Below, piece after piece: positions 13,880 to 23,689 of a DNA stretch of 64,000 nucleotides. Each line of letters begins with the position of its first letter. Position 1 is the stretch's first letter. The notes below the pieces were generated by a model that saw only the letters and a list, made by a program, of their open reading frames with translations, was not told where the DNA came from and made no database searches. A program made the translations under genes and the position numbers. The stretch comes from Mobula hypostoma (Eukaryota). The stretch lies in assembly GCF_963921235.1 (NCBI RefSeq), contig NC_086097.1, positions 151,468,001 through 151,532,000 on the forward strand, written 5' to 3'.

Positions 13880-14730
13880 AAATAAACTGTAAAGGCAAAT
13901 TGTGGGAGGTTTCATTGATTATTCTGGTGATGCATGACTTGAGTTTAAGACCCCATCTGACCTCCTGTGGATATAAAGGATACTGGTATTTTTGTTTTGG
14001 AAGAAAAGTTGGAGAATTTATCCAGATGTATCAATAGTATTTTACTCCTCTATCATTACACTCAGTAGCCATTTTATTAGGTATACCTGTACACTTGCTC
14101 ATGAAAGCAAATATCTGATTGGCCAGTGACATGGCAGCAGCTCAGTGCATAAAAGCATGCAGACATGGTCAAAGGGTTTCCTTGTTTTTCAGACCAAACA
14201 TCAAAATAGGTCAGAAATACGATCTTAGGGACTTTGACCATGGAATCATTGTTAGTGCCAGACAGGGTGGTTTGAGTATCTCAGAAACTGCTGATCTCCT
14301 GGGATTTTCATGCACAATAATCTCTAGAGTTTACAGAGAATGCTGCAGTTTACGAAAGACATCCAATGAGCGGTAGTTCTGTGAAGGAAAACACCTTGTT
14401 AATGTGAGAAGTCAGGAGAATAGTTCAAGGTGACAGGAAGGTACAAGTAATTCAAATAACCATGTTTTACAACAGTAGTGTTCAGAAGAACATCTTTGAA
14501 CACAGCACCTTGAACCTTGAATTGGATGGGCTACAGCAGCTGAAGACCCCAATGGCTTCTACTCCTGTACCTAATAAAGTGGCCACTGAGTGTACTTGTA
14601 CGTTTGAAGGAGGTTGCTTCTTGCAAATTAGTTGTTGCGTCTACAGTAGTGACTGCTTCAAGATGTGCTTCATTGGTTCTGAAGTCCTATAAGCTGCCCC
14701 CGGATTACGAAAGAAACTGGTTTTCTTATT
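13880..14730 (+). mobile_element. DeuSINE-like remnant split by a Tc1 MITE
   Basis: gaccccatctgacctcctgtggatataaagg..gaagaaaag before the MITE; cagtagtgactgcttcaagatgtgcttcattggttctgaag after it. Confidence 0.5.
14059..14592 (+). mobile_element. non-autonomous Tc1/mariner element, copy 1
   Basis: TIRs CACTCAGTAGCCATTTTATTAGGT / ACCTAATAAAGTGGCCACTGAGTG; TA TSD; HTH remnant DLRDFDHGIIVSARQGGLSISETADLLGFS. Confidence 0.9.
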
Positions 14731-16594
14731 CCTGTATTCTAATTTTGAATAATCATCTTGAGGGAGAGAATGAATGAGAGGTTAAAACTGGAATTAATTT
14801 GCAGTATTTTAAATTTAAAATGTGAAGTTTTTTTTAAAAAGCAACATTCATTTACTGGCTATCTCTATTGCATTTACTCCCACATTATTATTAGGTAGGG
14901 AATTCAAAGATGTAGACCCAGTGAGGATCATTGAACAAGGAATCATTTCCAAGTTAGGGTGGAGATATATATGTATGCAGAAATTGGTAGAGTCTCTCTG
15001 GTGGTATTCTTGTTATTCTTGAATGCTGAAGAAGGATTTTGGCGGAAACATTGGCTGTTTATTCATTCCATAGATGCTGCCTGGCTTGCTGAGTTCCTCC
15101 AGCATTTTGTGTGCATTGCTTTGGATTTCTAGCATTTGCAGACTTTCTTGTGTATATGGTATTCTTGTTTACCTGCTGTTCTTGACCACCTTTGTGTTGA
15201 CATGGCTTTGGTAAATAACTTCAGTGTATTTGGAAAAGAGTATACATTGTACTAATGTATTGGTGATGGAAAGAGTGGATATTTAGACTGTGGATTGGAT
15301 GTCAGCTAATCATCAACTTCTATCGAGTGATTTTATGTATTAAAGAGGTTGAATTTCTTTTCAGGCAAGTGGAAATTATTTCACCACATTTGTGACTTGT
15401 GCCTCAAGTTTTGTGTCATACTGTGTCATACAGTACAGGCTGCCTAGCTTCTGATGCTGTGGTAGCCACATTGTTTATGTGGCAGTTAAGATTCTAGTTT
15501 GTGCTGATTGCAGGATGGGTTTAGTAAATGATAAGTGTAATGGTTGAATTTTCTCCTGTTTCAGACAGTGACATTTTTTGGTAATTGTGTGGGATGTATG
15601 TTACTTTCCCTTAACTAACCATACCCAAATGATAGTAAGATCTTGCTGCTCATAGGCATTGGTATTCTTTTTTTTTGAAGAATTATGAAAAGGATTGAAC
15701 ATACTTTTATTGAGCAACCTCACTCTAGGTCCTAAGATGGACATATGAATATAGGAAGCATGGCCTGCTTTGCCAATTCAGTAAGGTCATCTACTGGGAC
15801 TTGCCCTCAGGTTTGTGGAGTTGCTTATTTGTAAGTACAATTTAATAGCACTGTCAATAACACTATTCGCCATTTTGGTGTTTAGCCAGATTAGTTGGAC
15901 TAATATAATTTGGTTAATTTTGGTAAATTCGGGGAAAAGTTCAGAGATTAACCAGGAATGGAAAAAATAGAAATGAGGCAAAGGCAATTTATATCAGGCT
16001 GAGAAAGAGTTTAGCATAGATAAAGTAGGAATATCAACCCAAAGGTTATTCAGTATCAGAGAAATGTGACCAAATCAAGGAATTAATAGACATTCAGAGC
16101 AAATATATCCATATAAGGATGATGGTAAGATTCTGGAAATCTAGACCCTTCCTGGATGATGAGATGGAAATTGATGTGCTAATGTAAGTAAGTTTGTTTG
16201 ATGAGTGTAAAAAGTTCAAGGGTGAAAGTTTAAGTGAAAAGACTGGCCAAGAGAATAAATGGTAAAAGAAATATTACTAAGTAAAATCAAGGTAAACTGA
16301 TAGTTATTTAGTAACTGGATTCAGGAAAGGGGATAGTGAAACAAAAGAATAGAGACTGTTGGGAGACCAAAAGTACCCAGTCAGGAAATGTCTCCACCAA
16401 ACCTTGTTGGTCTTTGTTTGTGAGATCGCCTCAAGAGAGAATTCCTAATTGGTTGCGCTACCTGCATATTAACTCATGGTACTTTGTATACAAGTTCCTC
16501 CACCGACATTTCCCAGTTTCTCGCCATTTTAAAATAAGTTCTAGTTTTCAGATATTCAGCCCAAATGGATCGTCTCATATTTTTTCATACAATA

Positions 16595-17511
16595 CAGGTC
16601 CACAATCCCTTATCCGAAACCTTTGGGGCCAGTTACATTTCGGAATTCATAATTTTTTGGATTTCAGACGCCCCCCCCCCCCCCCCCCGCCGATACCAAA
16701 AAACACGTATGCTCGTCCCTTATTTAACCTGTCTCACTGCGGTGGACTTTAGGACCCAGTGGCACACCAAACCTACGCACATCCTCCCGTGTATTTTAAA
16801 TCACCTCTCCCTGGAATTCTCCCTGCCATGAACCTCCAGCACCGCAAACTTGCCCATACAGCACCCTGGAAGCACCCGACCACAGCCGACTCTGAGTCCG
16901 TCCGAAAACTTTGAGCCCTCCGACACCAAGCACCATCTCTGCCGAGCGCTTTGACCCCTCCCTGACCGCCGAGCAACAAGCAAAGCCGAGGACTCGGGGC
17001 CTTCCCCTCTGGAGATTCTGGATCTGACAGTAGCAGCAGCAGCGAAACAGGCATTTCAGAAGTTTCACCAGATGTTCCTCCATGCTTCTCACGTCTGCCT
17101 CCGTCAAATCAGGATTGTGCACGGCATCCTACTTGACAAATAACAGATATTCATCACCAGGGTGGCCGCTGCGTGCTGCGTCGCGCCACCATCTTCTCTC
17201 TGTTCTCCACTTTCTGCATTATTGATAGAGAAGATTCCTTCTCTTTTTCTCGTTGTTACCCATAGGGGTATCTGCAGTTCTTTTTGACATTTTCACAGTG
17301 AAATTAAACACAAAGCCAACAGTGAACACAAAATATCAGCGAACAGCAAATGCACGTGTAACCAGTATGAGCGCTGAGCCACAACTGACATCTGGCAGCC
17401 TCTGCTAGTGCTGCCACGTCACACCTGAGTGACATCAGCTGTGGGCGAAAAGAACTTCAGTTTTCGGAGCTTTTTGGATTTCAGAATTTCGGATAAAGGA
17501 ATATGCACCTG
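16595..17511. mobile_element. Tigger/pogo-like MITE carrying an internal GC-rich repeat (~16710-17196, minus)
   Basis: TA|CAGGTCCACAATCCCTTATCCGAAA .. TTTCGGATAAAGGAATATGCACCTG|TA; the insert begins GAAGATGGTGGCGCGACG on the minus strand. Confidence 0.75.
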
Positions 17512-18109
17512 TATTTCATCTTCCTTATCATCACCTATTAACTTGGCCTATCTAAAGTTTCCTGAATCTGTACGTATCCTCCTTGCTACTCTTACTCTCA
17601 TCTAGTTTCTAGTATATTGCCCTGTACAGATGTCAGGCAAACTGGCCAATTTCTGCTTTCTCGTCCTTCTTAAATTGTGGGGTATTATTTCATACCTTCT
17701 GTTATGTATGTGCTCAAGCTCCAATTAATTGATAACAGCAGTAATCACTCTCTCATAGTCCCAAATCGTTAGCATGGTCCTCTCAATCACTGCTATTTTA
17801 CAATGTATTTGTATGTGACGTACAGTATCTGCCTGTGTTTTCATCATTGAAAAGTAGTAGCCAAGAATAATGATACAAAAATCTAGAGAACAAGCTGATG
17901 GATATTATTGTGGAGTATGTTATTATCCGGCTACAGCTTGAACTATCTATGCAGAACTTTAAATAGACTAGTCCTTGGATAAGAATGAGTAGAAATTCTC
18001 ATGTTTATCTTGAATGAATGTTTCTTGCTGTGTTCAAATTCAATCTCGTGGTGTGCTGCTGAAGACTTCATCTGATCCTATTAATTTTTGTGGCCCCCTT
18101 AAAATAACT

Positions 18110-18409
18110 AGATGTGGCGCATGGCTCAAGTGGTTAGGGCCATTGGACTAGCGATCCGAAGGTCGTGGGTTCGAGCCTCAGCCGAGGCAGCATGTGCGTC
18201 CTTGAGCAAGGCACTTACCACACAATGCTCCAGTCTACCCAGCTGAGAATGGGTACGGGCAAAAATGCTGGGGGTTAATGTCGCGATAGACTGGCGTCCT
18301 ATCGGTGGGGCGAGGGGGGAGTCTCGTACTCACCGTCACTTCACACCACGGAAACCGGCATAAACACCATCCTGATGGGCCACAAGGCTCGGGACAGACT
18401 TTGATTAAT
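18110..18409 (+). mobile_element. young tRNA-derived SINE with 12-bp TSD
   Basis: A box TGGCTCAAGTGG, B box GGTTCGAGCC; TSD CTTAAAATAACT at 18098-18109 and 18410-18421; CpGs retained. Confidence 0.85.
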
Positions 18410-19022
18410 CTTAAAATAACTGAGGCTTGCCAAGTTATCTAAAAAGCAGCTAAAAAAGTAACAGTGTTGGTGTGGGATTCAATATGTACACTAGCCTAGC
18501 TGGACATCCATCATCCTTAAATAAAATAGTGGATATTTTGGGTTTTAATGAGAATTTTAACAGATTTGTAGCCACTTAATGATACAAACTATTAAAAAGA
18601 AAAACATTAATTCATTTTGTCTTAAACAGAATACATGGTCATAAATTCTCAATAGAATAGAATAAGATTAACTTTGCCTTGCCCTTTGCTGTTCACCCAT
18701 AATACACAGATTCTATTAGATGAGCATTCTCTGCCTTTTTTTAAAAAAAGCGCCAGAAAATTGTGTTTTTAAACAGTTTTTCATCACTTTGTTTCATCAT
18801 GACTTTATTTTTGTCTTCACTAAATTTTTGTCCATTCAGGAAAAGACTAAAGATGCTTTAAATACTGTACTGCTTTATAAAATATGTTAAACTGCTATAT
18901 AAACATTGTCTAATGACCAGCTATTATTTGTCCACTTCCAATTGAAAATTAAACAGTAAGAAAATCCCTTGGAACTTGAATTTGAAAACCCAAGTTTAAA
19001 TGAAGAACAGTCTGTGTGTGTG

Positions 19023-19710
19023 TGTAAGGGGATTTCGTCTCTTATGTTACTGTGTAGGCTAATTAAAATGGCTTCTATGTTTTGTTATACTTGGGAATGC
19101 TTCTTTGTTACGTTTAAACGCTGAGAAAGTCCTTCCCGCTAGCAGTTTGTTTTGTGTTATCTATTGATATGAGGACAAATGAACCAATTGCGATAGTTGT
19201 TATGCTTTTGGTGTGTCTGAAGATATTGTATGTGCGGGGTTTGGGGGCAGAAGGGGGAGAGAGAGACGGTGAATACACCAGGTGCTGTGAGTCTGCTAAC
19301 GGGGTCGGACCCCAAGCGGGGCATTCGGCGAGGAGGGGAGACATAGACGGACTCGTGTGGAGCGTTTGGTTGACCACCGTTGTTGGTCCCAGGCGGCCGG
19401 TCGAGGTGGTCCAAGGGGTCGCAGGGTGAAGAAGAAGGGGCCTGAGCTCCAACTGTTTGTGCACGAAGAGATAAGTGTGGCGCCTTTTATTTTCCTTTTA
19501 TATTTTATTCTCTAATAATTATATAGTTCCAGTAATATCTATAAACTGTAAATCATTTAATCGTATCTGGTGTATTGTCTGTTATTTGGGTGGGATGGGG
19601 TACATCACACAGCATCCAGACAAACTAATTACCCAGTTTGGTGGGGCCGAGGGCTGTTTCCCTAGACGACAGTGAGCTGAGTGACCCTGAGGGTGGCTGT
19701 GGGGGCTACA
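19023..19710 (+). repeat. 5' LTR (688 bp)
   Basis: TGTAAGGGG..GGGGGCTACA; direct repeat of 22524-23218. Confidence 0.95.
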
Positions 19711-19713
19711 TAG

Positions 19714-19731
19714 TGGGGGCTCCTCCGGGAT
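19714..19731 (+). promoter_or_regulatory. primer binding site, tRNA-Pro
   Basis: TGGGGGCTCCTCCGGGAT, 17/18 match to the tRNA-Pro PBS TGGGGGCTCGTCCGGGAT, 3 nt after the LTR. Confidence 0.9.
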
Positions 19732-19759
19732 TGGATCTACTGGTATGCTGTGTGGTGGT

Positions 19760-20420
19760 CCTGTTTAAATCGGTAATGTGTGTCTCTGTGGGTTATTTGC
19801 TGGTTATTGCTGTATGCATGGTGGATGAGGTCTTTGTTCGAGTTCAGACTAGCACTGACGAGTTGGAGGTGGAACTCGGGGCTGTCCATGCTGTTGGGAG
19901 AGAAAGGAAAGAGTGGTCTGATTTGGAGGTAGTGCGTGCGAATAAATGTTCTAGCTCTGGCAGGCTCCGCCTGGTGTTTGGGATAATGTCCACCCCAGAA
20001 GGGGCGGAGGCGTGCGAGATGTGGGCGGAGCGGATCTCTCAGTTGTTAGATGAGTGGCAGTGCTCGGTTGAGCGAGAGTGACAGGGATTGACTGAAAGTT
20101 TAAGTAGGCGGGCTGGTGACGGTGTTAGAGCTGTCAGGCTCACTTACACCGTAGTGACAACTGTCAGTTATTTGAAAGAGGGGGGAAAGTTTTCAGTCTG
20201 TCTTCTTTGGCTAGGAGGGCAGCTAAATTGCTTGCAGTGCCAGGGGGATCATTTCAGGGGATCAGCCCCTCCTTCAGTTGTTCAGCTGATCAGAGAGGTG
20301 TCGGGAAACTTAGTGGAGGCCCAGGGGGGAACGGCTTGGAGTCTCTGGGGAAGCACGTTCCCAGCAATGTACCAATGAACTTCCGAAAGGAGAAGACCCT
20401 ATTCCTGAAGGCTTAGAGGG
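19760..20420 (+). pseudogene. degraded PNMA-like Gypsy gag
   Basis: [46 protein letters not shown]; contains stops and deletions. Confidence 0.85.
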
Positions 20421-20433
20421 ACCACGCCCCAAG

Positions 20434-21225
20434 GTGTCGTTACGGATAGAGGGAAATGATGTTAAAGCCATCCTCGACCCTGGGGCTCAGGTCAAGTTGT
20501 TGTACAGTTTGTTTTGCAACCGATGTCTGAAGCATTTACCCTTGACAACCGCAAGGGCACCGGAGATTTTGGGTACCAGGGCTAGTAGTTATCCAGAAGA
20601 CAATGATTGGTTAATGACCCTGGAGTTCATGGGGGCATTGTCTGGGCACCCTGTGTGTTGAGTTGCTTCTGAGGACGTGTGAAGCAGCCTTAAGCCGGTA
20701 CCGAATTTAAACGAGGCCCAGCGGTGGTACGGCCTGGGGAAAGTAGCTGAGGGTGAGACCCTCTTAGTAGCTGCTCCGAACTACCACGAGGGAGGGGAGT
20801 TGACCGCTGAAGATACCTCAGTGAGAGAGAGGTTGCGGCAACTGGACCCTGGCGCTGTGGAAGATGGGGGCAGCGTGTGTGCGGATTATGTGACGTCGTT
20901 TAATGTGCTGGATCTGAGGAGTGGATGTTGCCAGATCCCGAGGAGTGCGATTGTCGAGCCGACAACGGCCGTTATTAGTTCCCTAGGATTCTTCCGATCC
21001 GAAAAGATGCCCAAGGGCATATCCAAAGCCCCTGCATCCTTCCCGTGGGGCACGAGGAAGACCATGGGGGAAGTGAAGGTGTGTGGAGTTTTGGCGTATG
21101 TGGATGACCGCCTAGAGCTTGGATTCGCCTGGGGGGACTATGAGGCGAGGCGAGTGGCTGAGCCCGGGCGACCGAAGCGAAGTGTCAAATGTGGAGGAGT
21201 TTTTGGCTGGAAGAGTTTGGTGTAA
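20434..21225 (+). pseudogene. degraded protease and N-terminal part of reverse transcriptase
   Basis: [11 protein letters not shown] (aspartic protease DTG-like motif); [34 protein letters not shown]. Confidence 0.9.
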
Positions 21226-21228
21226 TGT

Positions 21229-22032
21229 GAGAAAAATGACCCGACATACCAGTTGAACTTCCTGGTGTTGGAACAGACAGTGGTGGACCTAGGGATGGAA
21301 ACCCAGGTCGTCAATCTGAATGAGACACAGGGGAGAGGGGATTTGCACCACTGAACTAAGTGCTCAGAACTGCCGGCCGGAGACTGCCGCACTTGTGAGA
21401 CGACCATTGCAGACTTGGAATTCACATTCGTCAGCGTGGAGAAGGAACAATGGAGTTCCGAGCCGACACTGCGGTCATGTACTGATGAATTAATCCAGCG
21501 AGCAGAAACAATGACCACCTTTGAAGAGATCAGCAGAAACTCAAGATGTCGATTCAGAAAAGATTGGAAGACTTACAAGTTGGGGAAGATCAAGGAAGTG
21601 TTCTGACTAAGGCCAACAGAAAACTGAGAGCCCAGGGAGGGGAGTTTGACTACGCTCCCAAGGAGGTGCAGAAAAGGAGGACAGATCTTGGAAACAGGAG
21701 GCGGACGCTTGAAAGGAGCCTGAAGATGACTATCGCGAGTTTAGATGAAGTGGAAAAACTGAAAGTTGACCTGGAAAATGTCATCAGGAAGAAAAAACTG
21801 GAGGCTGACCATCTTTTAACTGCTGCTTTTCAGGTCAGGGTGGAAGAAGCTGGTGGGGTAACTGCGTCCCAGATGGAGATGGCCAAGAACCCTGAATCAG
21901 AGCTGCTGAGGCTGTGGCGAGAGCTGAAGGAGTCCCCGAAGAAGCTGATGTCTCGACTGCAGGACGCTGAAGAGGTAGCCCCGGCTAAATGTTTCAGTTT
22001 GGAGAAACTTAAAACAGCGGCTACCGATCGAG
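21229..22032 (+). pseudogene. captured intronless fragments of a sarcomeric myosin heavy chain rod (MYH16-like)
   Basis: [107 protein letters not shown] then QRLPIE. All are collinear with myosin II rod motifs. Confidence 0.88.
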
Positions 22033-22510
22033 GGAATGAGGACGAATAGGAATTCGAAGGATGATGTGCTGCACATGTGGTACATGCTGCCTTTCGCTAT
22101 CTTCCCCGTGATTGAGGAGACCTTTGGCCCTTCTCCCACTGAGTCAGGTGTAGTGGGGAGGGCTAGCTGTGGGCAGTCTGAGTTACGGCAGGATCAGGAA
22201 GGAAAAGAAGCGGGGCCCCGGACACAGGACAGGGGGCTCCGAGCTGTAATGGTGGCCTGAATGAGAGAGGAGTTGGCAAGCAGGCCCTAGGTATCCCTAG
22301 TAGTGTCTGGGCCTTTTGGGTTTAGGTGAGGGGGGTACAGAGGTCTCGGAGGGTTAAGAAGCTCCCAGATAGGTTAACCTATGTAGCGCCCGTGGGACAG
22401 GCGTAAGGTCCACTGTTTGAGGAGCACTGTCACTGTGTGTATGTGTGTGTTGTGTGTCTGCAGGACTGGTCGGCGAGTTATTTAGAAGTCATGATGGCAT
22501 GACTTTATTT

Positions 22511-22523
22511 GGTGGGGGGAGAG
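22511..22523 (+). promoter_or_regulatory. polypurine tract
   Basis: GGTGGGGGGAGAG immediately before the 3' LTR. Confidence 0.85.
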
Positions 22524-23218
22524 TGTAAGGGGGTTTCGTCTCTTATGTTACTGTGTAGGCTAATTAAAATGGCTTTTTTGTTATGTTATACTTTGGAATG
22601 CTTTGTTATGTTAAACGCTGAGAAAGTCCTTCCCACCTGCAGTTTGTTTTGTATTATCTATTGATACGAGGACTAATGAACCATTTGCGATAGTTGTTAT
22701 GCTTTTGTTGTGTCTGAAGATATTGTATGCATGGAGTTTTGGGGCAGAAGGCGGGAGAGAGAGACAGAGAATGGACCAGGTGCTGTGAGTCCGCTAACGG
22801 GGTTAGACCCCAAGCGGGGCGTTCGGCGAGGAGGGGAGATGGAGACGGACTCGTGTAGAGCGTCTGGTTGACCACCATTGTTGGTCCCAGGCGGCTGGTT
22901 GAGGTGGTCCAAGGGGTCGCAGGGTGAAGAAGAAGGGTCCTGAGCTCCAACTGTTTGTGCACGAAGAGATTGAACTTTGATAAGTGTGGCACCTTTTATT
23001 TTCTTTTTATATTTTATTCTCTATTAATTATATAGTTCCAGTAATATCTATAAACTGTAAATCATTTAGTCGTAGCTGGTGTATTGTCTGTTATTTGGGC
23101 GGGGTGGGGTACATCACACAGCATCCATACAAACTAATTACCCAGTTTGGCGGGGCCGAGGGCTGTTTCCCTAGACGACAGCGAGCCGAGCGACCCTGAG
23201 GGTGGCCGGGGGGCTACA
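22524..23218 (+). repeat. 3' LTR (695 bp)
   Basis: TGTAAGGGGG..GGGGGCTACA. Confidence 0.95.
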
Positions 23219-23254
23219 TTTGTTTACACACACATCATATTATAGAAGAAGTAG

Positions 23255-23423
23255 TCACGAGAAATTCTGCAGATGCTGGAAATTCAAGCAACACACATCA
23301 AAGTCGCTGGTGAATGCAGCAGGCCAGGCAGCATCTCTAGGAAGAGGTAGAGTCAACGTCAACTCTACCTCTTCCTAGAGATGCTGCCTGGCCTGCTGCG
23401 TTCACCAGCAACTTTGTGTGTTG
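23255..23423. repeat. Penelope-terminus-derived palindromic repeat
   Basis: Inverted arms 23299-23353 / 23362-23416; same family as copies near 3670, 7945, 10420, 15040, 36770, 47380 and 62570. Confidence 0.8.
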
Positions 23424-23689
23424 ATAGAAGATGTAGTTATAGTTATTAAGAAGTAGAGATTTTCAGAATGGCTCTACAGAACCACAAGAATGGAGTAACA
23501 AAGATTTAAAGAGAAAAATTAAAAATAAAGGACTGCCAGATGTGAAGACAGTATGAGCTTGGAAAGTGAACACAAGGTCAAATAAGATCATAAAACATAG
23601 CAGCAGAAGACATAGGCCCAATGAACGTGCTCTGCCATTCCATCATTGCTGATTTATTATCCCTCTTAACCCTGTTCTTCTGCCTTCTC

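Larger units (their letters stand above)
19023..23218 (+). mobile_element. non-autonomous Ty3/Gypsy LTR retrotransposon (4196 bp) carrying captured myosin sequence
   Basis: Two TG..CA LTRs, PBS, PPT, PNMA-like gag, protease and partial RT; imperfect 4-bp TSD TGTG/TTTG. Confidence 0.95.

Noticed and set aside
18113..18190. tRNA gene
   Set aside because: The tRNA-like head continues into a SINE body and is flanked by a 12-bp TSD.
19638..20378. Domesticated PNMA/Arc-like gag gene
   Set aside because: Has stops and deletions, and is still inside an LTR element.
21546..22049. 167-aa coiled-coil ORF as an exon of a real myosin gene, or as an env gene
   Set aside because: It lies between LTRs and is frameshifted, internally deleted and lacks splice sites. 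It has no signal peptide or transmembrane segment expected of env.
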